A stretch of DNA of 64,000 nucleotides from an uncultured Christensenellaceae bacterium (GCA_944376205.1 CALWBV010000004.1:6341-70340); one strand, 5' to 3'. Shown: positions 1 through 10,500, numbered from the stretch's first letter. Numbers and translations: made by a program. The notes: generated by a model from the letters alone, not told the origin.

Positions 1-2262
1 GGCGGAACATTTACGCATCCCGCTTTGGAAGAAATTCTCGTATTCGATCATTCTATGGACAACTGCGGTCCCCGTGACGCAAAGACTGTTCTCAAACATT
101 TTGAGAGAGTGCAGAAAAAATACAAGGACTACGAAGTGGTAGCGGGTACTCTCGACGATTTTGCAGAAAAGTTGTGGGAGATAAAAGACCAATTGCCCGT
201 GGTAAAAAGCGAAATCGGCGATACCTGGATACACGGTGCGAGCAGCGATCCCTATAAGTACGGCGCTTTGCGCATGCTCGAAGATATGCGCAACGAATGG
301 CTCAGGAAAAAGGCGATTTCTCCCGACAGCGAAGAGTACAGAGTGTTTACCGATAATCTTCTTTGCCTTGCAGAACATACTGCGGGAAGGGGTATTCTCA
401 ATGCTTTCAGAGATTATGACAATTATCTCAAGCCCGACTTTATGGAAGCACGTAAATGCGATGCGAAAATACCGAGATACGGTTTGTGCAGGTTGCCGTT
501 TATAAAAAAATATATGATAAAGCGCGGCGGCAGAGGAAGATATTCACGTATGATCAAATCGTGGAACGAACAGCGTGATTACATAACAAAGGCAATCGAA
601 GCTTTGCCCATGAAACTCTATGTCGAAGCTTTTACGAAACTCAAGGCGTTGCGTCCCGATTGCTGTTGTTTCCCTTCGGGCAAAGAAATATATACGGATA
701 ATGCCGTAAAGTGCGGCAAGTGGACAATCGAACTCAACAGATTCGGAGCGCCTAAAAATCTTAAGCTAGGCAATATCGATATTATTTCAGACAACGAGTG
801 CAGCCTTGTAGACTATAAGAGCATCGGTCCAGACGACTTCAAGTTTTGGCTCAAGAATTATCAGAGAGATCTCTACAAAACTTTTTCTTGGGCAATCCCT
901 GACTTTGCACGTCCCAAACTCAACCGTATCGCAAAGTTGTATCCGCAGGGAGCTTTCCCTTATCTCATGTCCGAAGCCGTATATGACAAGACCAAGGACT
1001 TCGAAAGGGTGACCGTAAGACTTGCGGGACAAAAGCAAATCATGCCTCAACTCGGTTTGCCGAGAAAGTTGACCGTGCAATATATTTTCTTTGAAAACTA
1101 TATGCAGCTTCGTCTGGAATGGACAGACAAAGACGTAAGCCGGCTGCCCGAGGAAATCTGGTTGCACATAGGAATATCGCCCGACAAGGAAAATATTTTC
1201 TATCACAAACTCGGACAAAAAATCAGTCCTTATTCAATAGTGCGCAACGGTTCTCGCAATCTCTCCGTAACGGAAGGCATTGACTTCGACGTCAACGGCA
1301 AAACGGTGACGATAAAACCCAGACAGGCTATCCCCGTATCGTTGGGCAAAGGCAAACTGTTGCATTTCGATAATGTTTTCGAAGACAGCAAGGACGGAAT
1401 ATCCTTCTTGTTGCAAAACAATATCTGGGGTACGAATTATCCTCTTTGGTATGAGGACAATGCTTCGATGTGGTTCGATATAGCGCTTAAGGAAGAATTC
1501 GACAAGGGATTCAAAAGTTACGAGCCTAAAATTCAGGTCAACGTAGTAAAAGCCAAAGCGCTTGAAAACATTGACGAGAAATATAATCTTACAGAAGAGG
1601 AAAAACTCCTGGCAAACAGAGAGGACAGAGAAAAGCTCAAAAAGTCGACTTTGTCCGATGACGCTTATGTAGCGGCAGACGTCTTTGACGAAAAAGAATT
1701 TGGCAAAGAGTCTCAACCGGTACAGGAAAAGCAAAAAGCGTCAAAATCCAAAACGACCAAGAAACCCGCTTATTCTGGGCTGGGAATGGCCAAGCCTATC
1801 AAGGACAGAGCAACCGTTCTCGACAACGACGATCTCATCGAGCCGACTGACGACGATGACGATGTTTCGACCGCTCCCAAACTCTCTTTGGGATTAAGAG
1901 GAACTTTCGGTGTCAATAACATAATAAGAGAGGAAAACGGCGGTTCAGACAAACCGAGAATTTCCATACAGCCGAGAGCAAGCGCAAGTATCAATTTGGG
2001 AAGTGAGCTCGATTTGGAAGATCCAAACATAGTCGAAAACGCTCCTTCAGAAAGCAAGGCGCAAGTTGCGGCAAGCAAAACTAAAGCAAAGAGCGCATCA
2101 AAAGCTCAATCTGCCAAAAAGACGGTAGCAGTCAAAGCAAAGAGTGCAGACGGAGCTTCTTCTCAAAAGACAGCTTCGTCAAAACCTAAGACAAAAAAGT
2201 CTTCGACAAGCGCCGCAAAAGAGACAAAGACGTCTTCGAAGACAACGTCAAAGAAAAAATAA
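1..2262 (+). CDS. DUF5054-like (GH38-fold) glycoside-hydrolase-family protein; 5' end lies outside the window; long disordered basic C-terminal tail
   Basis: Frame 1 is open from nt 1 (GGTFTHPALEEIL..), so the TTG at 25 in the ORF track is not the true start. The motifs LVFDHSMDNCGP, GDTWIHGASSDP and LAEHTAGR match my recollection of DUF5054 proteins. The last ~230 aa are low complexity (D/E-rich, then KAKSASKAQSAKK...KTSSKTTSKKK). A terminator follows. Confidence 0.6.
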   Translation, partial: GGTFTHPALEEILVFDHSMDNCGPRDAKTVLKHFERVQKKYKDYEVVAGTLDDFAEKLWEIKDQLPVVKSEIGDTWIHGASSDPYKYGALRMLEDMRNEWLRKKAISPDSEEYRVFTDNLLCLAEHTAGRGILNAFRDYDNYLKPDFMEARKCDAKIPRYGLCRLPFIKKYMIKRGGRGRYSRMIKSWNEQRDYITKAIEALPMKLYVEAFTKLKALRPDCCCFPSGKEIYTDNAVKCGKWTIELNRFGAPKNLKLGNIDIISDNECSLVDYKSIGPDDFKFWLKNYQRDLYKTFSWAIPDFARPKLNRIAKLYPQGAFPYLMSEAVYDKTKDFERVTVRLAGQKQIMPQLGLPRKLTVQYIFFENYMQLRLEWTDKDVSRLPEEIWLHIGISPDKENIFYHKLGQKISPYSIVRNGSRNLSVTEGIDFDVNGKTVTIKPRQAIPVSLGKGKLLHFDNVFEDSKDGISFLLQNNIWGTNYPLWYEDNASMWFDIALKEEFDKGFKSYEPKIQVNVVKAKALENIDEKYNLTEEEKLLANREDREKLKKSTLSDDAYVAADVFDEKEFGKESQPVQEKQKASKSKTTKKPAYSGLGMAKPIKDRATVLDNDDLIEPTDDDDDVSTAPKLSLGLRGTFGVNNIIREENGGSDKPRISIQPRASASINLGSELDLEDPNIVENAPSESKAQVAASKTKAKSASKAQSAKKTVAVKAKSADGASSQKTASSKPKTKKSSTSAAKETKTSSKTTSKKK

Positions 2263-2268
2263 GATTAA

Positions 2269-2292
2269 GCGGCAGATAAATTCTGCCGTTTT
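2269..2292 (+). terminator. Rho-independent terminator
   Basis: Hairpin gcggcaga-taaa-ttctgccg followed by tttt, directly after the stop at 2262. Confidence 0.7.
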
Positions 2293-2317
2293 GCAATAAA
2301 TAAGCAGAGGATTTTAT

Positions 2318-3265
2318 ATGAAAATAACCGTGCCGAAGGGATTTAAGATAGGACATGCCGAGGACGAGCACACGGGCGTAACGGTGATATTGTGCGAAAA
2401 AGGTTGCGTGGCGGGAGCGGACGTACGCGGCGGCGCACCCGGTACCCGAGAAACAGATTTATTGAGAAGCGAAAAAGCGGCGCAAAAAATTCATGCCGTG
2501 GTATTGACGGGCGGTTCGGCATTCGGCTTGGACAGCGCATCGGGAGTAATGCAGTATCTTAAAGAAAAGGGTTGCGGATTCAAAGTCGGTAAAAAGCGTG
2601 TCCCGATAGTTTCGGGAGCGGTAATATACGATTTGATATACGACGACTATTATTATCCCGACAAGGAGATGGGATATAAAGCTTGCAAAAATTCAGAGCA
2701 AGCGCCCTTGACATTCGGGCAGGTAGGAGTAGGCAAAGGCGCTACGGTAGGCAAGATAAGAGGTGTGAAATACGCATCGAAAAGCGGAGTGGGTGCGGCA
2801 ACCGTAAAGGTAGCAGGCGTCACGGTTACGGCAATCGTTGCGGTAAACGCTTTGGGTGACGTCGTGGACCCCGATACGAGAAAGGTGGTGGCAGGCTGTA
2901 AGTCAAAAAACGGTTTTGCAGAGACGGAAAAGAAGATATTGAACGGAGAATTTTTCAAATTGTTTTTCGGCAATACCACTATCGGCGCAATTTTTACCGA
3001 TGCAAAAATAGATAAGGTTACCGCCAACAAAATAGCATCCGTGGCACACAACGGACTTGCAAGGACCATATATCCCGTCCACACCGATTATGACGGAGAT
3101 ACTCTGTTTTGTATGGCACGCGGCAACAAGCCCGTCATAAACGTTGCGCTTTTGGAAATAGCCGCAGTCAAGGCGGTGGAACTTGCCGTACTTAATGCGG
3201 TCAAGGAAAGCGTTGATTACGAATTCGAATACGACGAGGAAGAATTTGCAGACGACGACAATTGA
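2318..3265 (+). CDS. P1-family (DmpA/S58-type) aminopeptidase
   Basis: N-terminus KGFKIGHAEDEHTGVTVIL..GADVRGGAPGTRETDLL and the later GNTTIGAIFTDA are typical of peptidase family S58/P1. SD gagga lies upstream of the ATG. Confidence 0.8.
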   Translation: MKITVPKGFKIGHAEDEHTGVTVILCEKGCVAGADVRGGAPGTRETDLLRSEKAAQKIHAVVLTGGSAFGLDSASGVMQYLKEKGCGFKVGKKRVPIVSGAVIYDLIYDDYYYPDKEMGYKACKNSEQAPLTFGQVGVGKGATVGKIRGVKYASKSGVGAATVKVAGVTVTAIVAVNALGDVVDPDTRKVVAGCKSKNGFAETEKKILNGEFFKLFFGNTTIGAIFTDAKIDKVTANKIASVAHNGLARTIYPVHTDYDGDTLFCMARGNKPVINVALLEIAAVKAVELAVLNAVKESVDYEFEYDEEEFADDDN

Positions 3266-3300
3266 CAAACCTTAAAGCAATACGTAAAACCATGAAAAAA

Positions 3301-3322
3301 GGCGGCAGTGCCGCCTTTTTTG
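3301..3322. terminator. Bidirectional rho-independent terminator between convergent genes
   Basis: ggcggcagtgccgcc hairpin flanked by an A-run (3295-3300) and a T-run (3316-3322). Confidence 0.8.
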
Positions 3323-3338
3323 TTTTGCTTTCAGTTAA

Positions 3339-3749
3339 TCAAAGTCCGAGTGCAAGCAACGACATAAACGTAGTGAATACGTAAGCGCTTGCAAGCACGA
3401 GCATAACGATAAACAAAGCTTTGGCTGTTTTTTCATAAGTTTGTTTTTTGCTGTTGATTACCGAAATTATGCTCAAGGTAAGCATGGGAATACTTGCGGC
3501 AATCATAAAGATTATGCTGAATATAGTGTAGTTTTCGCTTGTTTGTGAAGCGATGGCGATAAAAGATGCCAAACTTAACAAAACATCGGAGCCTATCCAT
3601 ATAAAGAAGGCTATCCACGCAAGTTTATGAGCAGGTAATTCACCCGTTTTGAGTTTCTTTGCAGGCATCTGTACGGGAGTATTACAGTTTTTGCATACGT
3701 CAGAGCCTTCTTCGATGGGCTGACCGCAATTTTGACAATACATAAGCAA
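3339..3749 (-). CDS. Zinc-ribbon membrane protein (hypothetical)
   Basis: N-terminal CQNCG..CKNC zinc-ribbon followed by 3-4 hydrophobic helices. The start could equally be the second Met (MYCQNCG). Confidence 0.6.
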   Translation of the reverse strand: MLMYCQNCGQPIEEGSDVCKNCNTPVQMPAKKLKTGELPAHKLAWIAFFIWIGSDVLLSLASFIAIASQTSENYTIFSIIFMIAASIPMLTLSIISVINSKKQTYEKTAKALFIVMLVLASAYVFTTFMSLLALGL

Positions 3750-3911
3750 TCTCCTTTGAATGTATTAATATTACCATTATATCATATAGCTGTTTTTTGT
3801 CAATATTCGCCATTCAGGGAGGAGACGGGGAAAATATACGCAAATTCAGTGATAGCATAAAGCACAACGTGAATAAAATTAAAATTGTATCTCAAAAAAT
3901 TTTGTAAAATT

Positions 3912-3940
3912 TTGGACAAATCAACATCGTTTGGTATATA
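3912..3940 (+). promoter_or_regulatory. Sigma-A type promoter for ddh
   Basis: -35 TTGGAC (3912-3917), 17-nt spacer, extended -10 TGgTATATA (3932-3940), ~35 nt upstream of the ATG at 3975. Confidence 0.55.
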
Positions 3941-3974
3941 ATGTAGAAAATTTATAAAAGGAAAGGTAACGAAT

Positions 3975-4958
3975 ATGATCAGAATAGGTATTTTGGGTTA
4001 CGGTAATCTCGGCAAGGGCGTGGAAAGCGCAGTCGCTCACAATGCAGATACCGTATTGACGACGATTTTTACAAGAAGAAATCCCGAGAGCATCAAACCT
4101 CTCACTGCAGGCGTTAAAGTCTGCAAAGCCGAAGATATCGCAAAATACAAAGACGAGATAGACGTACTTATATTGTGCGGAGGTTCGGCTACCGATTTGC
4201 CCGTACAGACTCCAGAAGTCGCAAAGTATTTCAACGTTATAGACAGCTTTGACACGCACGCCAATATCCCCGTGCATTTTGCAAACGTTGACAAAGCCGC
4301 AAAAGAAAACGGTAAACTCGCACTCATCAGTTGCGGATGGGATCCCGGTATGTTTTCCCTCAACAGAGTTTACGCAGAGAGCGTTTTGCCAGGCGGCGCA
4401 ACTTATACATTCTGGGGCAAGGGCGTAAGTCAGGGACACTCCGACGCTATAAGAAGAATCAAGGGAGTCGTTGACGCAAGACAATATACCGTACCCGTAG
4501 AGAGTGCGCTCGAGGCGGTAAGAAGCGGTAAAAATCCCCAGCTTACCACCAGAGAAAAACATACGAGAGAATGTTATGTGGTAGTCGAGGAAGGCGCCGA
4601 CAAGGCATCTATAGAAAAACAAATCAAGGAGATGCCCAACTATTTTGCGGATTACGATACCACAGTCAACTTTATTTCTCTTGAAGAGCTCAAGGAAAAG
4701 CACAACGGCATTCCTCACGGCGGATTTGTGATAAGAAGCGGCAAGACGGGAGCAAACGACGAATACAGCAACGTAATCGAATATTCGCTCAAACTCGATT
4801 CCAACCCTGCATTTACATCATCCGTACTCGTAGCTTACGCAAGAGCGGTTTACAAAATGAGCAAGGAAGGCAGGAAAGGTTGTATCACCGTGCTTGACGT
4901 GGCACCTGCATATCTTTCTCCCTTGTCAGGAGACGAGCTTAGAGCAAAGATGCTTTAA
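3975..4958 (+). CDS. ddh: meso-diaminopimelate D-dehydrogenase
   Basis: IGILGYGNLGKGVE, GWDPGMFSLNRVY, FWGKGVSQGHSDAIRRIKGV and MPHGGFVI line up along the full length with Corynebacterium Ddh as I remember it. 327 aa, good SD. Confidence 0.93.
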   Translation: MIRIGILGYGNLGKGVESAVAHNADTVLTTIFTRRNPESIKPLTAGVKVCKAEDIAKYKDEIDVLILCGGSATDLPVQTPEVAKYFNVIDSFDTHANIPVHFANVDKAAKENGKLALISCGWDPGMFSLNRVYAESVLPGGATYTFWGKGVSQGHSDAIRRIKGVVDARQYTVPVESALEAVRSGKNPQLTTREKHTRECYVVVEEGADKASIEKQIKEMPNYFADYDTTVNFISLEELKEKHNGIPHGGFVIRSGKTGANDEYSNVIEYSLKLDSNPAFTSSVLVAYARAVYKMSKEGRKGCITVLDVAPAYLSPLSGDELRAKML

Positions 4959-5002
4959 TCCGTAAAATTGTTTTATTACGCAATTCGGTTTTATGTGTAA
5001 AA

Positions 5003-5029
5003 ATCCGTGTATTCAGTACACGGATTTTT
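5003..5029. terminator. Bidirectional terminator
   Basis: atccgtgta-ttcag-tacacggat hairpin flanked by A-run and T-run, between ddh (+) and the XRE gene (-). Confidence 0.8.
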
Positions 5030-5067
5030 AATTATTCAAAAAGTATTGCGAGTGTGATTTTGGTTTT

Positions 5068-5277
5068 TCAATAGCTTTTTCTTCCTACCAGATAATCTAT
5101 GTCCACATCGAAATAATCGGCAAGTACCCAAAGACTACTTATACACGGTTCTTTTTTGCCCAGTAGCCATGCACTGATTGTATTTTGTTTCAATCCTATT
5201 TTTTGAGCCAACTGAACTTGATTTATGTTCTGTTCAGTCATAAGTTCTTTTATTCTTTGCGCAACTAATATTTGCAT
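5068..5277 (-). CDS. XRE-family helix-turn-helix regulator (69 aa)
   Basis: NINQVQLAQKIGLKQNTISAWLLGKKEP...LADYFDVDIDYLVG is a classic HTH_3 pattern. SD aaagagg. Divergent from the 5385 gene. Confidence 0.85.
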   Translation of the reverse strand: MQILVAQRIKELMTEQNINQVQLAQKIGLKQNTISAWLLGKKEPCISSLWVLADYFDVDIDYLVGRKSY

Positions 5278-5308
5278 TATATACCTCTTTTATTTGTATG
5301 TTGTATTG

Positions 5309-5337
5309 TTGACATTTTATCCCCAAGGGAGTATAAT
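5309..5337 (+). promoter_or_regulatory. Consensus sigma-A promoter for the 5385 gene
   Basis: -35 TTGACA (5309-5314), exactly 17 nt, -10 TATAAT (5332-5337). Confidence 0.7.
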
Positions 5338-5347
5338 ATTCACAAGT

Positions 5348-5363
5348 TAGCACCATGGTGCTA
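5348..5363. promoter_or_regulatory. Perfect 16-bp palindrome, candidate operator of the adjacent XRE regulator
   Basis: TAGCACCATGGTGCTA equals its own reverse complement. It lies between the -10 and the SD (aaggagga) of the 5385 gene. Confidence 0.55.
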
Positions 5364-5384
5364 TAAGGCATTAAGGAGGATATT

Positions 5385-6233
5385 ATGGCAGAGACAAATT
5401 TCAAACAGCAAGGACTCGAATTAATACGAGAGCATTTTGCAAATTATGTAAAACGTTATCAGGCGACACAACCCGGTATGGTAAAGACTTTACAGTATTT
5501 TATAGATTGGTTAAATACTGTTCAAGAAAAAGACATAACGGCTGACCAAAAGAAATTTTATATAAAGACGCATCAGTTTAATGCAAGGGTAAGAGGATTT
5601 AAGTCAAGTGGAGACGTGAGCTATGACAGAGAGTATGTAGTAGACTATACGGCATATTCCGTTAGCGATAAAAAACTTGCTGAATTTATAGGAGATTTTT
5701 TCTATGATGCCGATGCAGACAAAGATATCATATCAGGTAGAATTATTGAGATAGGACAGCAGGCAGCAGAATTTGAATATAGGCAACAATTTCGAGATAT
5801 GGGGTTTATTTATCGTGACAGTAAAATTAATTCGTACCAATCTTCATCTCCCGAAAGCGATTCGTATGTGTATTATACGTTGGCGTATCCATTCAAAGGA
5901 AAGATACTTAATTTTAACTTTGTTGAGTACAATGGCAAATGTTTTGTCAAGGATTATCCCAAGCGTACAGGCGGATGCTATGTTGCAACGTGTATCTATG
6001 GAAGTTACGATTGCCCCGAGGTATGGACATTAAGACGTTATAGAGACGAAGTATTGCAAAAAAGTCGTCTAGGAAGGTTGTTTATCAAATGTTACTATGC
6101 AATAAGTCCCAAAATCGTTAGCAAATACGGAAACAGTACCTTTTTTAGAAAGTTCTTTAAGAAGACTCTTGACGCAAAAGTAAAAAGACTGAACGAAAAG
6201 GGGATAGAAAACAAACCTTACCATGATGTTTAA
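5385..6233 (+). CDS. Hypothetical protein with a Cys-rich CFI-box-like C-terminal module
   Basis: Strong SD aaggagga. I do not recognise the N-terminal ~200 aa. The C-terminus GGCYVATCIYGSYDCPEVWTLRRYRDEVL..GRLFIKCYYAISPKIV resembles the recurrent C(F/Y)(I/V)ATAxYGS..LRxFRD..YYxxSP module. Hand-counted GC is ~30% on one 60-nt line. Confidence 0.75.
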   Translation: MAETNFKQQGLELIREHFANYVKRYQATQPGMVKTLQYFIDWLNTVQEKDITADQKKFYIKTHQFNARVRGFKSSGDVSYDREYVVDYTAYSVSDKKLAEFIGDFFYDADADKDIISGRIIEIGQQAAEFEYRQQFRDMGFIYRDSKINSYQSSSPESDSYVYYTLAYPFKGKILNFNFVEYNGKCFVKDYPKRTGGCYVATCIYGSYDCPEVWTLRRYRDEVLQKSRLGRLFIKCYYAISPKIVSKYGNSTFFRKFFKKTLDAKVKRLNEKGIENKPYHDV

Positions 6234-6244
6234 TAATTGATAAA

Positions 6245-6267
6245 ACACGGGCTAGCCCGTGTTTTTT
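6245..6267 (+). terminator. Rho-independent terminator
   Basis: acacgggc-ta-gcccgtgt hairpin followed by tttttt. Confidence 0.8.
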
Positions 6268-6372
6268 AGTTATTTGAGTGAATTTTATTTTTATTGAGAT
6301 ATCTCAAAATTTGATATCGCAGAAGAATAATGACAAACTATCAAAATTACGTAGCTAATGCGTTAAAAACAA

Positions 6373-7272
6373 TTACATCCGACATTGCATGTGACATTTT
6401 TTATTTTCGCTATAAGGTGTAGGAATCGGGTCGGGACAATTCAGCGGATAAGCGGGATGATGCGTAGACAGTATAGAAATAAAATTATCTTTTTCGCAAA
6501 AGTCCATCGACGTGATCAAATATCCCGCAACGTCCGCTTGCGATGACAGAGTAACTTTTTGCCATACGTTGAGACGGTATCTTTCGGCAGAATAAAGATA
6601 TGCCGGTTCGACAAAATTCAAAGGGGATACATCGGGTTGAGCGTCGCCGATAAATTCGCCGTTTGAGTTCCACAAATATTTTAAGTCGTCTCGGTTGGAC
6701 AAGTCGAAACTTATAAAGGGCTGTCCCGCTTTGAAAATTTTTGCAGTAAAGTTATCCGAGTATTCGGCGGTGAAGATATTGGCAAAGTCTTCAAAGTCGA
6801 AGAGAGTCTTTACTTTTCCCGTGCTCAAATCGAAAATATAATAATATCCGAATCCGCCGCTTCCTCCCGAAGCTGCCGCATAAAATATCTGGTCGTATCC
6901 TTTTCCAAGAAAATCGAGAGGCACTATATCTACGGTATAACCTGTATCGACGGGCGGAGAAAATACGATTTGAGGAGAAGTATGTGCTGTGAGCATGATA
7001 TTGGTAAAGTAAGGAGAGTCCGTATCGAACGGTCTTCCCGAAACGGTAACTTCGCAGGCTTCGCCGCATGGAGAAAGTTTGGCGGTAATTGTTTTTATTT
7101 CCTCGTAGGGATTATTGTCGGACGACGCTTTAGACGTTGTCGCAATTCCTTGTTCGCCATTCAAATCAAAGCCGTAAGCGTTGACAAAAAGACATAAAAC
7201 AAAAGTTATCGCAAAAACGGTAAAAATTAATTTTGCAAAAAATTTTCCGCTCGAACAAACAATTTTTTCCAT
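6373..7272 (-). CDS. Secreted or membrane-anchored hypothetical protein
   Basis: N-terminal hydrophobic anchor (AKLIFTVFAITFVLCLFVNAYG). No family recognised. Contains SGGSGGFGYYYIFD. Confidence 0.65.
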   Translation of the reverse strand: MEKIVCSSGKFFAKLIFTVFAITFVLCLFVNAYGFDLNGEQGIATTSKASSDNNPYEEIKTITAKLSPCGEACEVTVSGRPFDTDSPYFTNIMLTAHTSPQIVFSPPVDTGYTVDIVPLDFLGKGYDQIFYAAASGGSGGFGYYYIFDLSTGKVKTLFDFEDFANIFTAEYSDNFTAKIFKAGQPFISFDLSNRDDLKYLWNSNGEFIGDAQPDVSPLNFVEPAYLYSAERYRLNVWQKVTLSSQADVAGYLITSMDFCEKDNFISILSTHHPAYPLNCPDPIPTPYSENKKCHMQCRM

Positions 7273-7369
7273 AGCAACATTTTGTGTAAATTTCTTAAAA
7301 ATATGAGAGTTATAGTATTTCAGTCAGGCTTGTGTTGCCTTTGATGTGCTTTAACAAAAAAATTGTATA

Positions 7370-7398
7370 TTGCAAATATAAAAAATATATTGTATAAT
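7370..7398 (+). promoter_or_regulatory. Sigma-A promoter upstream of the giant helicase gene
   Basis: -35 TTGCAA (7370-7375), 17 nt, -10 TATAAT (7393-7398). This leaves a ~140-nt leader containing a ggacg-gtat-cgtcc hairpin. Confidence 0.55.
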
Positions 7399-7542
7399 AA
7401 AAAAGCAGATGGAGTAAGAGAAGTTTTTCCACGGACGGTATCGTCCTTCAAAAAAAGGTTAAACATGGGTCTCAACTATATCGTAAAGCCCGAGGGGTAA
7501 GCGGGCGATTTAATAAACAGTCTGAATAAGGAAAGGAGAGAA

Positions 7543-10500
7543 ATGGCAGAAGAATTCGTAGATCAGGAAAGTGAAGTGCAAGAGGAAGTAAAGACAGAAA
7601 AGCCTGCCGAAAAAAGTGCAGCGGAAAAACTCGCTGTCGAAAAGGTGCCTGTCGAAATTACTTTGGAATGCGCAGCTGTCGTCAACTATTATCAGGTTCA
7701 AAACGGCATCAGTCCTATCAAGAGACTTTATGTCAAAAACAGGAGCAACGACGACAAGGAAAATATCAGGGTCAGAGTTACGTCTCAACCCGATTTTATG
7801 TTGCCTTATGAGATAGAACAGGCAATACTTCCCCGCCGTACGAATGCAAAATTCGATTGTCAGTCAAAGCTGTCGCCGCTGTTTATGGTTGCGGTGGACA
7901 AGACGTTGCAGGGCATAATTACGGTTGAAGTATATTTCGGCGAAGACCTTGTGGCAAAACAGAGCAGCGAGGTGCAGATTTCCGCATTCAACGAATGTAA
8001 TTACGAAGGCAGCCCCGAAAGTCTTGCTACTTTTGTAAAGCGTACTCCGCAGGTCAATCAGCTAATGTCGCTCATTGAAGACAAACTCAAAAAGTGGAAT
8101 TTGCCTTCACAGAGCGGATATACCGCAAATACGAATAAAAACTATGTCCGCAATTATTTTGCGGCAGCATTCGGTGTACTCAACGATCAGCGTTTTGAAT
8201 ATTTCAAGTCTCACGAAAGCAAGAGCGAGATGATACAGACGCACAAGGATCTGCTCGAGGGAAAGATAGCCACGGCGACAGAACTTGCTTTGCTGTACGC
8301 ATCGCTCATAGAGGCAAACGGTCAGAACTGCGTTATTGCGCATATAGGCGACGAATGGTATGTGGGCGTATTCACTACAAACGAATGTCTGCCCCTTCTC
8401 GTAAGCGACGACGTGGATCTCATACTTCAGAAATCCGAAAAAGGCGTCAACGATTTTACGCTTGTATCCATGTCGGATACGGTCAGCGGAGTTTCGTTTG
8501 AAAAGGCGGAGAAAAACGCTTTGAACGCACTGCGCAAAGACCCTTCGGTAGACTTTATCGTCGATATCAAGAGAGCGAGAATAATGCACATCTATCCTTT
8601 GCCGGAGAGAGTCCTCGGCAAAGACGGATACGATCTTGTACAAAGCAAGGATTACATCACGTCGCTTGCGCCCAAACAGTTCAAGGAATACGGCGGCGAA
8701 GTCGGCGGCGAAAAAGAAATAAGCCGTGTTGCGCAATGGGAGAGAAGGCTCCTCGATATGGATATGCGCAACGCTTTGCTCAACTTCAAGGTATCCCGTT
8801 CGGCTGTAAAACTTCTTGTGCCTACTCTCGAAGATTTTGTTGCGGCAATGGGTGAAAACAAGTCTTTCGTCATTGACCCCAAGCCCAAGGACGGCGCTAC
8901 CAGTCTTGAAAAGATCACGGACGGATTTGAAAGAGGATCGTTCCTCAAACCGTTTGTCGATTATGTCGCATACGAATATAAAAACAAGCATTTGCTCACG
9001 GTTTACGATCAGAAATCTCATGAGGGCATAATGCTCCGCTTGTTCAGAAAAGAACAGTCCATACAGGAAGAAACGGGTACAAGCACGCTTTATTTGTCGG
9101 TAGGTTTCCTCAAATGGAAGGAAAACGATACCGCAGAGGAAAAGTATGCGCCTTTGCTTCTCTATCCCGTAAGCCTCAGTAAAAAAGGCGTTGCTTCTCC
9201 CGTATTCAATCTCGACGTGAACGTTGAAGACGTGAGACTCAACAGTACGCTTTTGGAGTTTTTGTATCAGGAATTCAATCTTGACATAAGAGGTCTTTCC
9301 TCCGTACAGCTCGACAGTCAGCAGAATATTCTCTCGGTAATTGCGAGAATCAAAAAAGAGACTGTCGGTTTCAAGGGCTGGGAGATTCTTCCCAACGTAT
9401 TTTTGGCTACGCTGTCTTTCGGCAATTACCAGTTGTGGTACGACGTAAAATATAAGTCCGATAAATTCAGACAGCATCCTATCGTCAACTCTCTTATCAA
9501 CAACAAGCTCGAGTTGCCCGAAGACGCATTCGATCTGTCAGACAGTTCGAGTGACGAAGCATACACGTCGGAAGACAGAATGTATCTGCCTATCTCCGCC
9601 GATTCGTCGCAGTATTCGGCAATTAAAGACAGCTTGAGCAAGAGTTTCGTTTTGCACGGACCTCCGGGCACGGGTAAATCGCAGACGATTACCAATATTA
9701 TCGCCAACAATATCGTCAGAGGAAAACGTGTATTGTTCGTTGCAGAAAAGATGGCGGCGTTGAGTGTCGTTCATCACAGATTGCAAAGTATCGGTCTCGG
9801 CGATTTCTGTCTCGAACTCCATTCCAACAAGACCAATAAAAATACGGTATTGAGTCAGATAGTCAACACGTTGTCTTTGGCAGAAAGCAAACTGCCCGAA
9901 CAAAACGAAGACGACAAGCTTCAGGACATCAATGACTGTATAGAAAAACTCGAGAGAGAACTCGAGGCTATGCACCGCAAGAGATATCTCGGTATTTCCC
10001 TCTATCAGGGTATAATGGGATATTTTGAAAATCAGGATTCTCCCGACTGTTTGCGTATCGACAGTATTTTCTATGAAAAACTTGTCGGTTCGACATTCAA
10101 TAAATACATAGATATTCTCACCGAACTCACCATGCGTGCAAAAGAGTGCGGTGATATCGAGAAATCGCCTTTCAGACACATAGGCGGATTCAATTACAGC
10201 GAAAAGTGGAGCGAAGAAGGTAATTCCATACTCGAGATCTATCTTATGGAACTCAAACATCTCCGTCAGTATGCACGTACGCTCATGCCTTTGTTCAATA
10301 TGCGTACCGTTGCTTTGACGACCGCAAAACTCAAAGCGCTGTACAGAATTTGCAAGGCTTTGCAACTCGACTATATACAAAACTATTTCAAGAGTTTGTC
10401 CAAGCAGCCCAGAGGTATCGTTCAGTCATATCTCGAGGCGGAGTCCAGAGTGGACACCATGCTCAACGAATATACCGCAAAATACGGCACTTATCCCGAG

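Noticed and set aside
3921-4718. 265-aa minus-strand ORF opposite ddh, and the similar 208-213-aa ORFs opposite citrate synthase (15933-16559, 16755-17396)
   Set aside because: These are shadows of genes identified along their full length with high confidence.
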